Below are positions 10,445-21,806 of a stretch of 40,233 nucleotides of DNA, piece after piece. Numbering within the stretch: position 1 is the first letter of the stretch; each line of letters begins with the position of its first letter. A program made the translations under genes and the position numbers. Origin of the DNA: Chiloscyllium plagiosum (taxonomy: Eukaryota); assembly GCF_004010195.1 (NCBI RefSeq), contig NW_025215286.1:11924-52156 (forward strand), in the 5' to 3' direction. The notes below the pieces were generated by a model, which was given only the letters and a program-made list of their open reading frames with translations, ran no database searches and was not told the DNA's origin.

Positions 10445-12880
10445 GATAGAGTCAGAGTCTCGGAGGTGTACAACATGGAATAAGACGCTTCAGACTAACT
10501 CGTCCATGCTGATGGGATATCTCAAATTAAACTAACCACATTTGCCAGCATTTGGCCAATATCGATGTAAACCCTTCCTCTTAATGTACCCATCCAAATT
10601 CCATTTAGAAGTCGTAATTGTAAAAGCCTCCACCACCTCCTCTGGCATCTGATTCCAAACATGCACCACCCTCTGTGGGAAAAAAATTGCTCCTTAGGTC
10701 ATTTTTAAAGCTTTTCCCTCTCATCGGAAATCGATGCCCTCTAGTTGTGGGGAAAAAGTCCTTGGCGATACATCCTATACATGCTCCTGACACTGCAGGA
10801 ATAAAAGAACCCAACCTACTCGCACGCTCCCGAAAGCTCTAATCCTGGAAACATCCTTGTAAATCTTTACTGACTCTCTTCAATTTTCACAATATATTTC
10901 CAAAAGGAGGGAGACCAGAATTGTATACAGTACTCCAAAAGTGGCCAAAGTAATGTGCTGTACAGCAGCAACATGACAACCCAATTCAAATAGTCAAAGC
11001 ACTGGCCAATAAAAGCAAGCATAACAAATGCCTTCTTCACTATCCTATCTACCTGCGACTCTACTTTCAAGAAGCTATGAACCCGCATTCCAAGGTCTCT
11101 TTGTTCAGCAACACTCCCCAGGACCTTACCATTAAGTGTATATGTCCTGACCTGATTTGCATTTCCAAAATGCAGCACCTCCCATTTATCTAGATTAAAA
11201 ACCATCTGCCAATTCTCAGCCCATCTGCCCATCTGATCAAGATCCCATTGTACTCTGAGACAAACCTTCTTTGCTCTCCACTGCACCATCGATTTTGGTT
11301 TCAGCTGCAAACTTAGCAACTATTGCTGCAATGTTCGCATCCAAATGATTTATGTGAATAGTGAAAAGTAGCGGATCCAGTACCAACCCTTGTAGCACAC
11401 CAATGGTCACAACACTCCTGTTCAAAAAACAATCCTTCACCACCACCCTCTGTCTCCTGCCTTCGGGCTAATTCTGTATACCTATGGCTAGTTCTCCCTG
11501 TATTCCATATGAACTAAACTTGTAAACCAACCTACCATGCCGGAAGTTGTCAAATGCCTTACTGAAGTCCATACCAACAATATACACCTCTGCCTCAATG
11601 AATCCTCTTAGTCACTTCTTCAAACATACTCAGTCAATTTAGTGAGACACAACTTTCCAAGCTTCGAACCATGTTGCCTATCACTTATAAGTCCTTGCTT
11701 TTCAAAATCCATGCAAACCTTGTGCCTCATAATCCTTCCCAACAACTTGCCCTCCACTGAAGTCAGGCTCACTAGCTTTTCCTTACCATCCTTCTTAAAC
11801 ATTGACAGTAACCGCACCAAATTCGCAAGCCTCCTATCTTCCAGCATCTCATCTGTGACAATTGACGATACAAATATCTCAGCAATGGGCCCATCAATCA
11901 CTTCACTCGCTTCCCACAGAGTTCTAGGGTACATCTGATCAGGTTCTGGAGATTTTCCCACCTTTACGGGCTTTACGAACTCCCGCGTCTCCTTCTCTGT
12001 AATGCAGGCACTTTTCAACGTGTCACGGTTTATTTCCAAAGTTCATTAGCTTCCATGTCAATACTGACGCACGATGCTTGTTTAGTATCGCCTCCATCCC
12101 CTGCGGTTTTGCACATCGGCAACCTTGCTGATCTTTAGTGGCCCAAAACTCTCCTGAATTACTCTTTTGTCCTTAATGTATGTGTAGAGTCCCTATGGAT
12201 TCTCCTTAACCCTATTTGCCAGATCTATCTCATGTCCCCTTTATGGCCTCCGGATTTCCCTCCTACTGGCTTTAGACCCTTCTCGACAGTCACTTTAAAT
12301 CTGGAATGAAGAGCCAAATGACGATGATGAATCCATTTTCGATTTTTGCTTACCCGGCATGGGTTACATGTGACTCCAGACCGACAACAATGTGTTTGTG
12401 TTGGGTAATAAATTCAGGCCCAACTAGTGATACCCGCATCCCGTGAATGAGTACTGAAAAAAACATTGATTCCTGCTCTCTCTCTCTCTCTCTCTCTCTC
12501 TACCTGACATATGCTTCCCTCTTATTTGTAACCTGACACTCAATTTCTCCAGTCCTCCAGCATTCCTTACACCTACCAGCCTTACCCTTCACTCTAACAG
12601 GGATAGATTGTCTCTGTGATTTTGACATCTCATTTTTGAAGGTTTCCCTTTCTCAGCTGGCCCAGTAACTGCGAATATGTGTTCCAAACCCGTTTGGAAG
12701 TTCTTGCTAATATCATCAAAATTGGCCTTCCTCCAATTTAGAGCATTATCTTTTAAACCCAGTTCGTCCTTTTCCATCTCTATTTTAAAACTAGTAGAAT
12801 TATGATTATGTGTCCAAAAGTGCTTCCGCACTGATACCTCAGTCTCCTGCCCTGCCATATTTCCCAAAAGGAAGGTGACA
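10445..12880 (-). mobile_element. CR1 LINE, ~2.4 kb decayed ORF2 (endonuclease end, RT, 3' UTR)
   Basis: Fragments HNHNSTSFKIEMEKD..LNWRKANF, KSPEPDQMYPRTLWEA, QHG..CLTKL, GVLQGLVLDPLLF..AKFAAETK, WAENWQMVFNLDKWEVLHFG and LEYCIQFWSP. Many frameshifts. Confidence 0.95.
12296..12463 (+). mobile_element. Internally deleted Deu/SacSINE1-like SINE inserted in the CR1
   Basis: tacatgtgactccagacc..caatgtg core, then gggtaataaa..catcccgtgaatga and an A-tail. It interrupts otherwise contiguous CR1 sequence. Confidence 0.7.
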
Positions 12881-15686
12881 TTGAGTTCCTTCTCTGTGAT
12901 GGAGAGCATTGGTCAAGCAGCTGCAGTGTTGTAACTGGGATTGGGGTCAACAGTGTTTTCGTCTCATTAGGCTGAATCGAGCAATAAATTATCTCAGTGC
13001 CATTTTCATTGAGTGTGACAGAGGTATTGTCTGCACAAAGTCAAGCTCGTTTCCTGGTGCTACCTTATCGAATTCACCTCATTAACTATGTCCCCCACCC
13101 CATGGTGCCCCTCTCATTCAATACCAGCCTTATTCTCCCACCCATCACGGCTGGAGGTACTCACCATCGCACTGATACCCTTGGATATTATGTTGTCCCT
13201 GGCACTGGTGCCATCTTTAAAAGGCCAGTGGGCACACAGTTGAGCTTTTTTTATGTCGGAGCTGGTTTGTACAGTTTACCCCGAGCATGGCAGATAAGGG
13301 GCAATTATAGCCCGGTTTGTCGACAGGGGCACAGAGGGCCTGGTGGATGGACTAGTACAGAGGGGGACCAATCTCTTCCCAGAAGGGGCTCACACTATCA
13401 GACACACCTTTCATGGTCTGAGCTCACCACCCAGCTCAGTGCAGAATCTGCGGTCTGAAGAAATGACCAGCAATACAGCACAAACATCGATAACCTGCCC
13501 CGTTCTTTCAGGATAAGGCTCACCGTATTCTCTCTGCTCCTTCACACTCACTGTATATCTGTTGCAGCAGCGACCCAGAACAACGTTCATGCTCCACCAC
13601 TCTCACTGCTGCTTGCAACACCTTCCCCCTCTCTCTCTCTCTCTCACCATTACCCCCCCTCCCCCGCCACACGCACACACTAATAACATTGCATGGATAT
13701 GCCACTGTGGACTGACTCCCTCCAGACCCCTCACCATATCTCCCCCCACCTACACCAGCACTAACAGCAGGGGTACCCATTCCCACCCTCCCTCCCTCCA
13801 TCATTTTCTCCCAATCCAGGAGAAACAGCCTGGAATAGACAGAAATGACCAAGCCTCATGTGGAGATTCTGAACTATCCACGTTCCACCGACTGAGTAAG
13901 GAGCAATATTCAGTGAAGGGCAATCCTCACTTTAAACTCACTGTCAGTTCCGTTTCCCCCCCCCTCCCGGCACAATTATAAGCCGTGGCCCTGATGCAAT
14001 CTCCCTTTTGTGTCGAGCTGGTACAAATGGAATCCCCACGGTCTTGGTGGGCAGGAAGGTGGACTCACATCACATCGTCTCCATCACATCTCAGGAAGGG
14101 ATCTTCAATAATCGGTTCTCATATACACCCTGGGCCCTCTGTTCCTGCACCTCCTTTATAACAGTACAACCGGTGTTTTATATTGTCTTTCAATGCCCTT
14201 CCTACTAAAGAGCATCACCTCACACTGCGCTGCATTGATCCTCATCTGCCATACACCTGAACACTACACAAATTTATAACTTTCCTGTTGGAGTTCCACA
14301 CCGTCCTCAACAAACTTTACAATTCTTTCAGGTTTGGAATCTGCAAATATTGAAATTGCCCGACAGTCACACTCCACCCAAAAATAATGACACACACCAG
14401 ACAGAGCGAGTGAAATATTGACACACTCTCCATGTCTGTATTAAGGTCAATGTATAGTGAGTGCCTCTATGTGTCTGTATTCGTGTGTGTATCTGTGTGG
14501 GGCGGGTCTGGCAGTCTCTGTGATGTTTAAAGTGATGTAATATCCCCCGATATGAGTTCTAAGTAAGGGTCACTCGATCCAAAACGTCAACTTTCATTTT
14601 TGTCCAAAGATGCTTCCAGAGCTGCTGAGATTTCTGTTGTTGTCAATCTCTGTTTCACCCCCACCCCTATGCCCCACCCCACTGTAATCGTGTGAAGTGT
14701 GTAAATGACCAGGGATTCAGTCTGAGAGGGAGAGAGGGAGGGCAGCAGCTCACAGCACAATCCAACCTGAACTTTGATTGCACCAAACATGCACACACGC
14801 GCATACACACGTGCGCGAACATACATACACGCACATGTACATGCACACACTAGGTCGGTTTGGAGAGGATTGTCTTTGCACTTAGACCCTCAGAGTGGAA
14901 CACGTTCATGTGGAGAAATGTCTGCGCTCTTTCTGCAATGTAGAAATGGTTTTTCACTGGGTAGTATGTCCAACACACAGAATACACATTAAACCATATT
15001 TCCATTGTAATTATAACCAAGCAATTCCGAGTGAGCCGTTTTCCAAGGCAATGAGATAAATTTTAATGCACTTCCTTTAACTTGGAATTATTAATGTTTT
15101 ACTCTTACAAGTAATCTTACCTTTGAGAAAGGATTGAAAAGACCTAAACCAGACCAGCAGAGTGTGGGCTTGTATCACTTTAAAGAAAAGAGGGAAAGGG
15201 AGAGGAAGGAAGAGTGATTTTGACCCCGTTTCAGTGATTCACATCAAAAACAAGAAGAGTTCCCATTGCACAGAGATGCAGAGGCAGAGATTCACACACT
15301 AATGCAGGAACACATGAAACTAGCACAGAGAGATAGACATGCACACAGTGGTTAACAGAGACATATATAGACACACAGGAATAGACAAACACCAACAGGA
15401 ATATGCAGACACATATTTGGACATACAAACACACACAGACTCATCGAGTTATACAGGGTATTTGCATGCAGGCCTATCGGCTCATACAGTCCATGCTGAC
15501 CATCATCCCGAACTAAATCATTCCCACTGCCTGCGCTGGGCCCAGATTTGTCAAAGTGTTCTCTTATTCTTGTACTTTACCAAATACGTTTTAAAAATTA
15601 TAACTTTACCCAAAATCCATCACTTCCTCGGGAAATTAATTCCCTACACGAACCACATGCTGTCTAAAAAAATGAATCACCTCATA

Positions 15687-17350
15687 GGGTCGTGATCAGG
15701 TGGACCCAAGAAATTTGTAGGAAGCTAAGGAAGTGATTGCTGGGTCCCTTTCTGAGACGTTATCATCATCAATAGCCACAGGTGAGATGCTGGAAGTCAT
15801 GAGTTTGACTAAAGTTTTGGTATTAAACAAAATGGAAAGAAAAAGCCAAGAACTATAGATTGGGGATCCTGACATCAGTGGTAGGCACGGTGTTAGAGGG
15901 AATCATGAGCTACAGGATTTCCATGCATTTGGGAAGGCAAGAACTGATTAGGGATAGGCAAAATTGAGGACTACTGATGCTGGAGATCATAGTCTAGATG
16001 AGAGTGGTACTGTTAACGCACAGCAGCTCAGGCAGCATCTGACGAGCGGGAAAATCGACGTTCTGGGCAAATACCCTTTATCTGGATAGTGAAATGGGGT
16101 TATGCGTGGAAAATCGTGTCTCACTAATTTGATATGTTTTTTGTTGCGAAGTAACGGAGAGGATTCATGATGGCAGAATGCTGGATGTGATCTATATGGA
16201 CTTCAGTTCGGCATTCGACATAGTTTCCCAAAGAGACTGGTTAGTAAGGTTAGATCAAATGGAATACAGGGAGAATTAGCTAGTTGGATACAGAACTGGC
16301 TCAAAGGCAGAGGACAGAGGGTGGTGGCGGAGGGTTGTTTTGCAGACTGGAGGCCTGTGACCAGTGGAGTGCAACACGGATCGATGCTGGGTCCGTTACA
16401 TTTCGTCATTAATATAAATGATTACGATATAAACAGAGGGAAGTTAGTAAGTTTGCAAATGACAACAAAATTGGAGGTGCAGTGGCCAGCAAAGAAGGTT
16501 ACCTCAGATTACGATGGGATCTTAATCACGTGGGCCAATGGACCGAGGAGTGGCAGACAGAGTTAAATTTAGATAATTGTGAGATGCTGCATATTGGAAA
16601 GGCATATCTGGGCAGGACTTATACACTTACTGGGGAGTGTTGCTGAACAAAATGACCTCAGAGCACAGGTTTATAGTTGCTTGAAAGTGGATTTGCAGGT
16701 AGATAGGACAGTGAAGAAAGTATTTGATATGTTATTGGTCAGTGCATTGTGTATATGCGTTAGGAGACTGGATTGTGACTGTACAGGACATTGGTTCGGC
16801 CACTTTTGACATACTGTATGCAATTCTGATCTCCCTGCTCTGTAGGAAGGATGTTGTGAAACTTGAAAGGGTTCAAGAAGGGTTGACGCTGATTTTGCCA
16901 TGGTTGAAGGGTTTGAATTAGAGGGAGAGGCTGAATAGGCTGAGCCTGTTTTCCCTGGAGGATCAGAGGATGAGGGTTGATGTTCGAGGTTAGTAAAATC
17001 ATGGGTGCAACAGATAGAGTGAATAGTCAAGGTCTTTTCCCTAGAGTAGTGGAGTAAAAAAACTAGGTGGCAAAGGTTTAAGGTGGGATGGGAAAGACAA
17101 AAAAAAGGTTCTAATGGGCAACATCTTCATGTAGAGGATTGTCCGTGTGTAATGAGCTGCCAGAGGAAGGTATTGAAGCTGGCACAATTTCAACATTTAA
17201 TAGGCATTTGGATGGACAGATGAATGGGAAGGGTTTAGATGGAAATTGACCAAATGCCGGCAAATGGTATGAGAATAATTTTGGCTATCTGGTTGTCATG
17301 GACACGTTGGACCAAAAGGTCTGTTTCCACGCTATACAGTTCTATGACGC
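15687..17350 (+). mobile_element. 5'-truncated CR1 LINE (RT and 3' UTR)
   Basis: Motifs DWRPVTSGVQHGSMLGPLHFVININD, SKFANDNK and RKDVVKLERVQ; the 3' end reads ggtctgtttccacgctatacagttctatgac. Confidence 0.95.
15958..16083 (-). mobile_element. Short PLE 3' terminus inserted in the CR1
   Basis: GGATAG direct repeats at 15952-15957 and 16084-16089. Same family as 19138-19326, with a decayed hammerhead motif. Confidence 0.75.
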
Positions 17351-17705
17351 GATATCTTTTAAGAAACTTCGTCCTCTTATCTGAAAACAATCTCCCAATC
17401 GAGAGAAAAGAGACCTAATATTCAACATTATCAATAACTTTCATGATATTATAAACCTCTACAAGGTTACCTCACAGCCTCCTACGCTCCAGGAGAAAAT
17501 GTCTGAGTCTGTTGAGCCTGTCCTTATAATTCAAACACTCCATTCCCAGCAACATCCTGATAAACCTCTTCTGAACTCTCCCGAAATTATTAATAGTCTC
17601 TATATATCAGGGCGACCAGAATTGCACACAGTCTTGCAGCACATGCCTCACGAAAGTCCTGTGCAACCAGAACACAACACCACAATTCCTGTACTCAAAG
17701 GACTG

Positions 17706-18675
17706 TCCACTGCTATTCGTCATTTATATAAATGGTTTGGATGTGAATATAGGAAATATAGCTAGTAAATTTGCAGATGACACCAAAATTGGAGGTGTAA
17801 TGAACAGTTAAGAACGTTACCACTGAGTAAAATGGAATCTTAATCAGGTGAGCCAATGGACTGAGGAGTGGCAGATGGAGGTATATTTAGAAAAATGCGA
17901 GGTGCTTCATTTTGGAAAAACAAATCAAAGCAGGACTTACACACTTAGTGATAAAGTCCTGGAGAGTGTTGCTGAACAAAGATACCTTGGAGTACAGGTT
18001 CATATTTCCTTGAAAGTAGAGTTGCAGGTAGATAGGATAGTGAAGTAGGTGTTGAATATGCTTTCCTTTATTGTTCAAACCACTGAGTACAAGAGTTGTG
18101 AGGTCATGTTGCGGCTGTGCAGGACATTGGTTAGGCAACTTTTGGAATAATGCGTACAATTCTTGTCTCATTCCTATCGGAAAGATGTTGAGAAACTTGG
18201 AAGAGTTCAGAAAAGATTTACAAGGATGTTGCATGGGCTGATGGATTTGAGCTGGAGGGAGAGCCGGAATAGGCTTGCGCTGTTTTCTCTGAATCATGAG
18301 AGGCTGAAAGGTGAACTACAGAGGTTTATAAAATCATGAGAGGCATGCATGGGGTAAATAGACAATGTCTATTCCCCGGGGTGGGAGAGTCCACAACTAG
18401 AGAGCATAGGTTTAGGATGAGAGGCGAAAATTTAAAAGGGACCTCAGGGGCAATTTTTATGCATAGAGGGTTGTATGTGTATGGAATGAGTTGCCAAAAG
18501 CTGGTCAAATTAAAGTATTTAAAAGACATCTGGATGAGTATATTAATAGGAAGTGTTCAGAGGGATATGGGCAAGAGTTGGCAAAATTGACAAGATTAGC
18601 TTAGGGTATCTGGTCGACATGGACAAGTTGTACCAGAGGGCCTGTTTCCGTGCAGTACATCTCTCTGACTCTATG
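17706..18675 (+). mobile_element. 5'-truncated CR1 LINE
   Basis: SKFADDTKIGG (agtaaatttgcagatgacaccaaaattggaggt) and WTEEWQME..KCEVLHFG; tail ctctctgactctatg. Confidence 0.95.
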
Positions 18676-19137
18676 TCTTTATAATGAAGGCCAACAGGTG
18701 AAACACCTTCATAACCACCCTGTCTACATATGAAGCAAACTTCAAAGAATTATGTCTGAAACAATTATGTTGCTCTGTTCTACAACGCTACCAATGGCTC
18801 AACATTTAATTGTATAACTGTTTTATTAGTTTGTTTTACCAAAGTACAATACATTGCATTTATCAATATTAAACTCCATCTACAATTCTTTAGCCCAGTG
18901 AATGATGACACTGGGGAAGAAAGGCTGGAAAGTAATCAGTTGCCTTGTATCATTTAATGGTTTCAGGAAGAGGGCAGTCACACGTTAGAGGTGGGAAACA
19001 GTGATCGGTGTTTCAGGCCAGAAAGTCTGCTCTGGCTTTGTCTCTGATATTCAGTACTGATATCTATTTGAGTTACTTCACAGTGCAGAGTGTGTCTACA
19101 GGATTTCATTCCTCATATTGCAGACTACAGATAATAG

Positions 19138-19326
19138 GAGAAAATGAGGACTGCAGATGCTGGAGATCAGAGCTGAAAACGTGTTGCTGGAAAAGACCAG
19201 CAGGTCAGGCAGCAATCAAGGAGCTGGAAGAGAGGTCGGAAGAAGGGTTCATGCCCGAAACGTCGATTCTCCTGCTCTTTGGATGCTGCCTGACCTGCTG
19301 TGCTTTTCCAGCAACACATTTTCAGC
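19138..19326. mobile_element. 189-bp hairpin mini-Penelope with perfect 15-bp TSD
   Basis: TSD GACTACAGATAATAG at 19123-19137 and 19327-19341. Inverted arms at ~19172-19230 and ~19268-19326, a 34-bp unpaired extension at 19138-19171, and a hammerhead-like core at 19237-19264. Confidence 0.9.
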
Positions 19327-19569
19327 GACTACAGATAATAGTCATTTAAACTGGAAACAATAGCCAAGTATTTAAAGATGTTCATAGTTTATCTCGAAGG
19401 CAGAGCACATAAACTCGATATCCTACAGTTGAGGCAAGTACCTTGCATTTTTAACAACATTATTATTCTAACTGGGTAGTTCAGTAAAGTGGACCAGATT
19501 TCAATGAATCCATACCGATCTGAAAGCTGCCATTTAAAGTTAAAAGTTTGGGCATGGTTTAGACCTTGT

Positions 19570-19850
19570 TTGGTCGGTAGTATCCCTGCCTCTGAGGCAG
19601 AGCTCTGGATTCTATTCCAATTCCTGAACTTGTCTAGTAGTGTCCCTAGCTCGAGACCATATTGTCTAGGTTCTGGTGCAACGTGTCAGAACAGGCTGAT
19701 GAGCAATCACCACAGGAAAATAATGTTGTGACTTTCGGGTCTATTGTGGGGTGATGGTAGTGTCCCTGCCTCTGGCCCCAAAGGTCTAGGTTCTAATCCT
19801 ACTAGAGGTATTTTTAAATATGTCTGAACACGTTGACTAAAATGATTTTA
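19570..19850 (+). repeat. Three tandem short tRNA-like SINE heads
   Basis: GTAGT(G/A)TCCCT..GG(T/A)T(C/T) motif at ~19577, ~19637 and ~19758. Confidence 0.5.
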
Positions 19851-19949
19851 AAATTGTCGTTTGATCACGATGGAAGAGGTGTCAGTATTGAATTTCAGAA
19901 TTTAAGCCCCAGAAACACAGACCTTGGGTGGGAGACACATTTGCACCTT

Positions 19950-20555
19950 CTAGAGGTTTATAAATTCATGAATTGCATGGATAGAGGGTGAGTAGTCAAG
20001 ATCTTTTCCCCATGTTTGGAAGTCCAAAATTAGTAGGCACAGATTTAATGTGAGAGGGGAAAGATTTTAAAGTGACCTCGAGGCAACTTTTAAACTCAGA
20101 AAGTGGAAATGAACTGCCGGACGTAGTGGCACGCAGATGGGTATATTAATAGGATGGATTTAGAGTGATATGGGCCAATTGCTGGCAAATAGATTAGATT
20201 AGCTACAGTGTAGCACAAGTCCACACCAAACCTCTGAAGAGTTACCCACCCAGAACCATCTCACCACATTTGTCCGTAACTAATGCACCTGACATTATGT
20301 GCAAATTTGCATGGCCTATTCACATAACCTGCACAACTTTGGACTGTGGGAGGAAACCCACGCAGACACAGCGAGAATGTACAAAATCCACACAGTCAGT
20401 CACCTGAGCCAGCAATCAAACACAGGTCTCTGGTACTGTGAGGCAGTAGCACTGAGCCACTGCACCACCCCAAGTAGGGCACGATTAATTTCAGAAATCA
20501 GGTTGGCATGGACGAGTTGGTCAAAAGAGTTTGCTTCCGTGCTGTACAACTCTAA
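19950..20555 (+). mobile_element. CR1 3' UTR fragment interrupted by an HE1 SINE
   Basis: Starts tagaggtttataaattcatg; resumes after 20470 with ggcatggacgagttggtcaaaag..ccgtgctgtacaactcta. Confidence 0.8.
20190..20470 (-). mobile_element. HE1-like V-SINE
   Basis: Minus strand gtggctcagtgctactgcctcacag head and tctgcgtgggtttcctcccacagtccaaag core. Confidence 0.9.
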
Positions 20556-20737
20556 GATTCATCAAGCCATTTGATCTAGGTGTCTGTTTAATCTTCATTG
20601 TCCGCTATATAGCCAAACTTGGTTTCATCCACAATCTTTCTAACCGTGCCTTCTATAATTCTCATCTGAATCATTTGTCTAAATGTCAAACAAAAATTCA
20701 TTGCGCACAAGTCCCTGTGGAACACCACTGTGCACAG

Positions 20738-21316
20738 TGTCACAAAGCTGGTACCTTTTCTCTTAAAGCTTCCTATTCTCAAAGATACTGTGTCCTTGAT
20801 TTTTTTTTTCAGAAGGGTCGTAAATAGTTCCCGGCTTCAAGGTGATTGGCTTGGTATAGAGATTAAACGGTTTTGTGATTAAAGGTATAATCAAAAGGGA
20901 GTGGTCAGCTCTCTATGTGAGCAGTTCAGTCCAGAACCAGTTTGTAGTTCAGCTGTGTGGATAGGCTCGCTCTCTCGCTCTCTCTCTCTCTCCCTCGCAC
21001 TCTCTCTCTCTCTCCTTCTGCCCTTCGAGCGTCAAACTGTAAGCATTTATTCCATTTGCACTGTTCTTAAGGGCGGTTTGCTTATTGGGATGGTTGTGTG
21101 CTTCCAGAGCAACTAATTAAGTCTAGTTTGAATAGATTGAGTTCTGTAGGGGTCCTTTATTCTGTTCTTTGTGTTTCATTGTGTAGTTTAGTGAATTTTT
21201 TTGTCTGTTTTAAAACCTGATAATTTTCACTGTGCACTTACTGAAACAAATTACAAAGTAACAGTCTGTGCAGCCTGGTTAAGAAAATTTTGAGTGGTCC
21301 GGCCTAGTCCATAACA
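20738..21316 (+). mobile_element. Solo LTR, 579 bp, 4-bp TSD (Gypsy- or ERV1-type)
   Basis: Starts TGTCAC and ends ATAACA, with ACAG at 20734-20737 and 21317-21320. Removing it restores CR1 sequence ggaacaccactgtgcACAGgcctccagtctgaaaaac. Orientation is tentative (TATAAT at ~20886). Confidence 0.9.
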
Positions 21317-21374
21317 ACAGGCCTCCAGTCTGAAAAACACCCCTCCTCGATAATGCTGTCTCCTGCTATTAGGC

Positions 21375-21520
21375 AAACATACACAAACACGTACACAGAC
21401 ACGTACACAGACACACACACACAGACAACACATGCACACAGACACGCATAGACCCACAAAGAGACATAGACACACCGACATACACAGACACGCTCAGACA
21501 CATACACAGAGCGACACACA
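21375..21520. repeat. Imperfect (CA)n microsatellite
   Basis: Direct inspection. Confidence 0.95.
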
Positions 21521-21806
21521 GTTTGGTGGTCAGATAACATTATTGTATATTTCTGCTCAGAGATGGAGAAAATGCAACATGCTGGAGAAGCCACTGCTTA
21601 TTGCTCCCTCTCTTTCCTGTTCCTTCTCGCAGCAATGTATGAGAGGTGAAAACCGTTCAGTCATTTTTATCATTCATGTAGGATTACTGTTAAGGAATCA
21701 TTGGCATCTCACTACAGCCTAAAATCAAAGGTAATTCAGCCAAATCCGACTGTTCCAGGAATAAATCTGAGCAGAACAACCTCATAGGCAGAATAATATT
21801 TAATTA

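Larger units (their letters stand above)
15440..18900 (-). mobile_element. Older minus-strand CR1 3' region split into three pieces (~15440-15686, ~17352-17705, ~18677-18900)
   Basis: The pieces rejoin: cacctcata|tatcttttaag and gtactcaaaggactg|..aatgaaggccaac. Confidence 0.75.

Noticed and set aside
12997..13981. 153-aa, 139-aa and 110-aa ORFs in apparently unique sequence
   Set aside because: No recognisable domain, non-ATG starts for the two plus-strand ORFs, and partly low-complexity. A spliced minus-strand model I tried hit a stop within about 36 codons.
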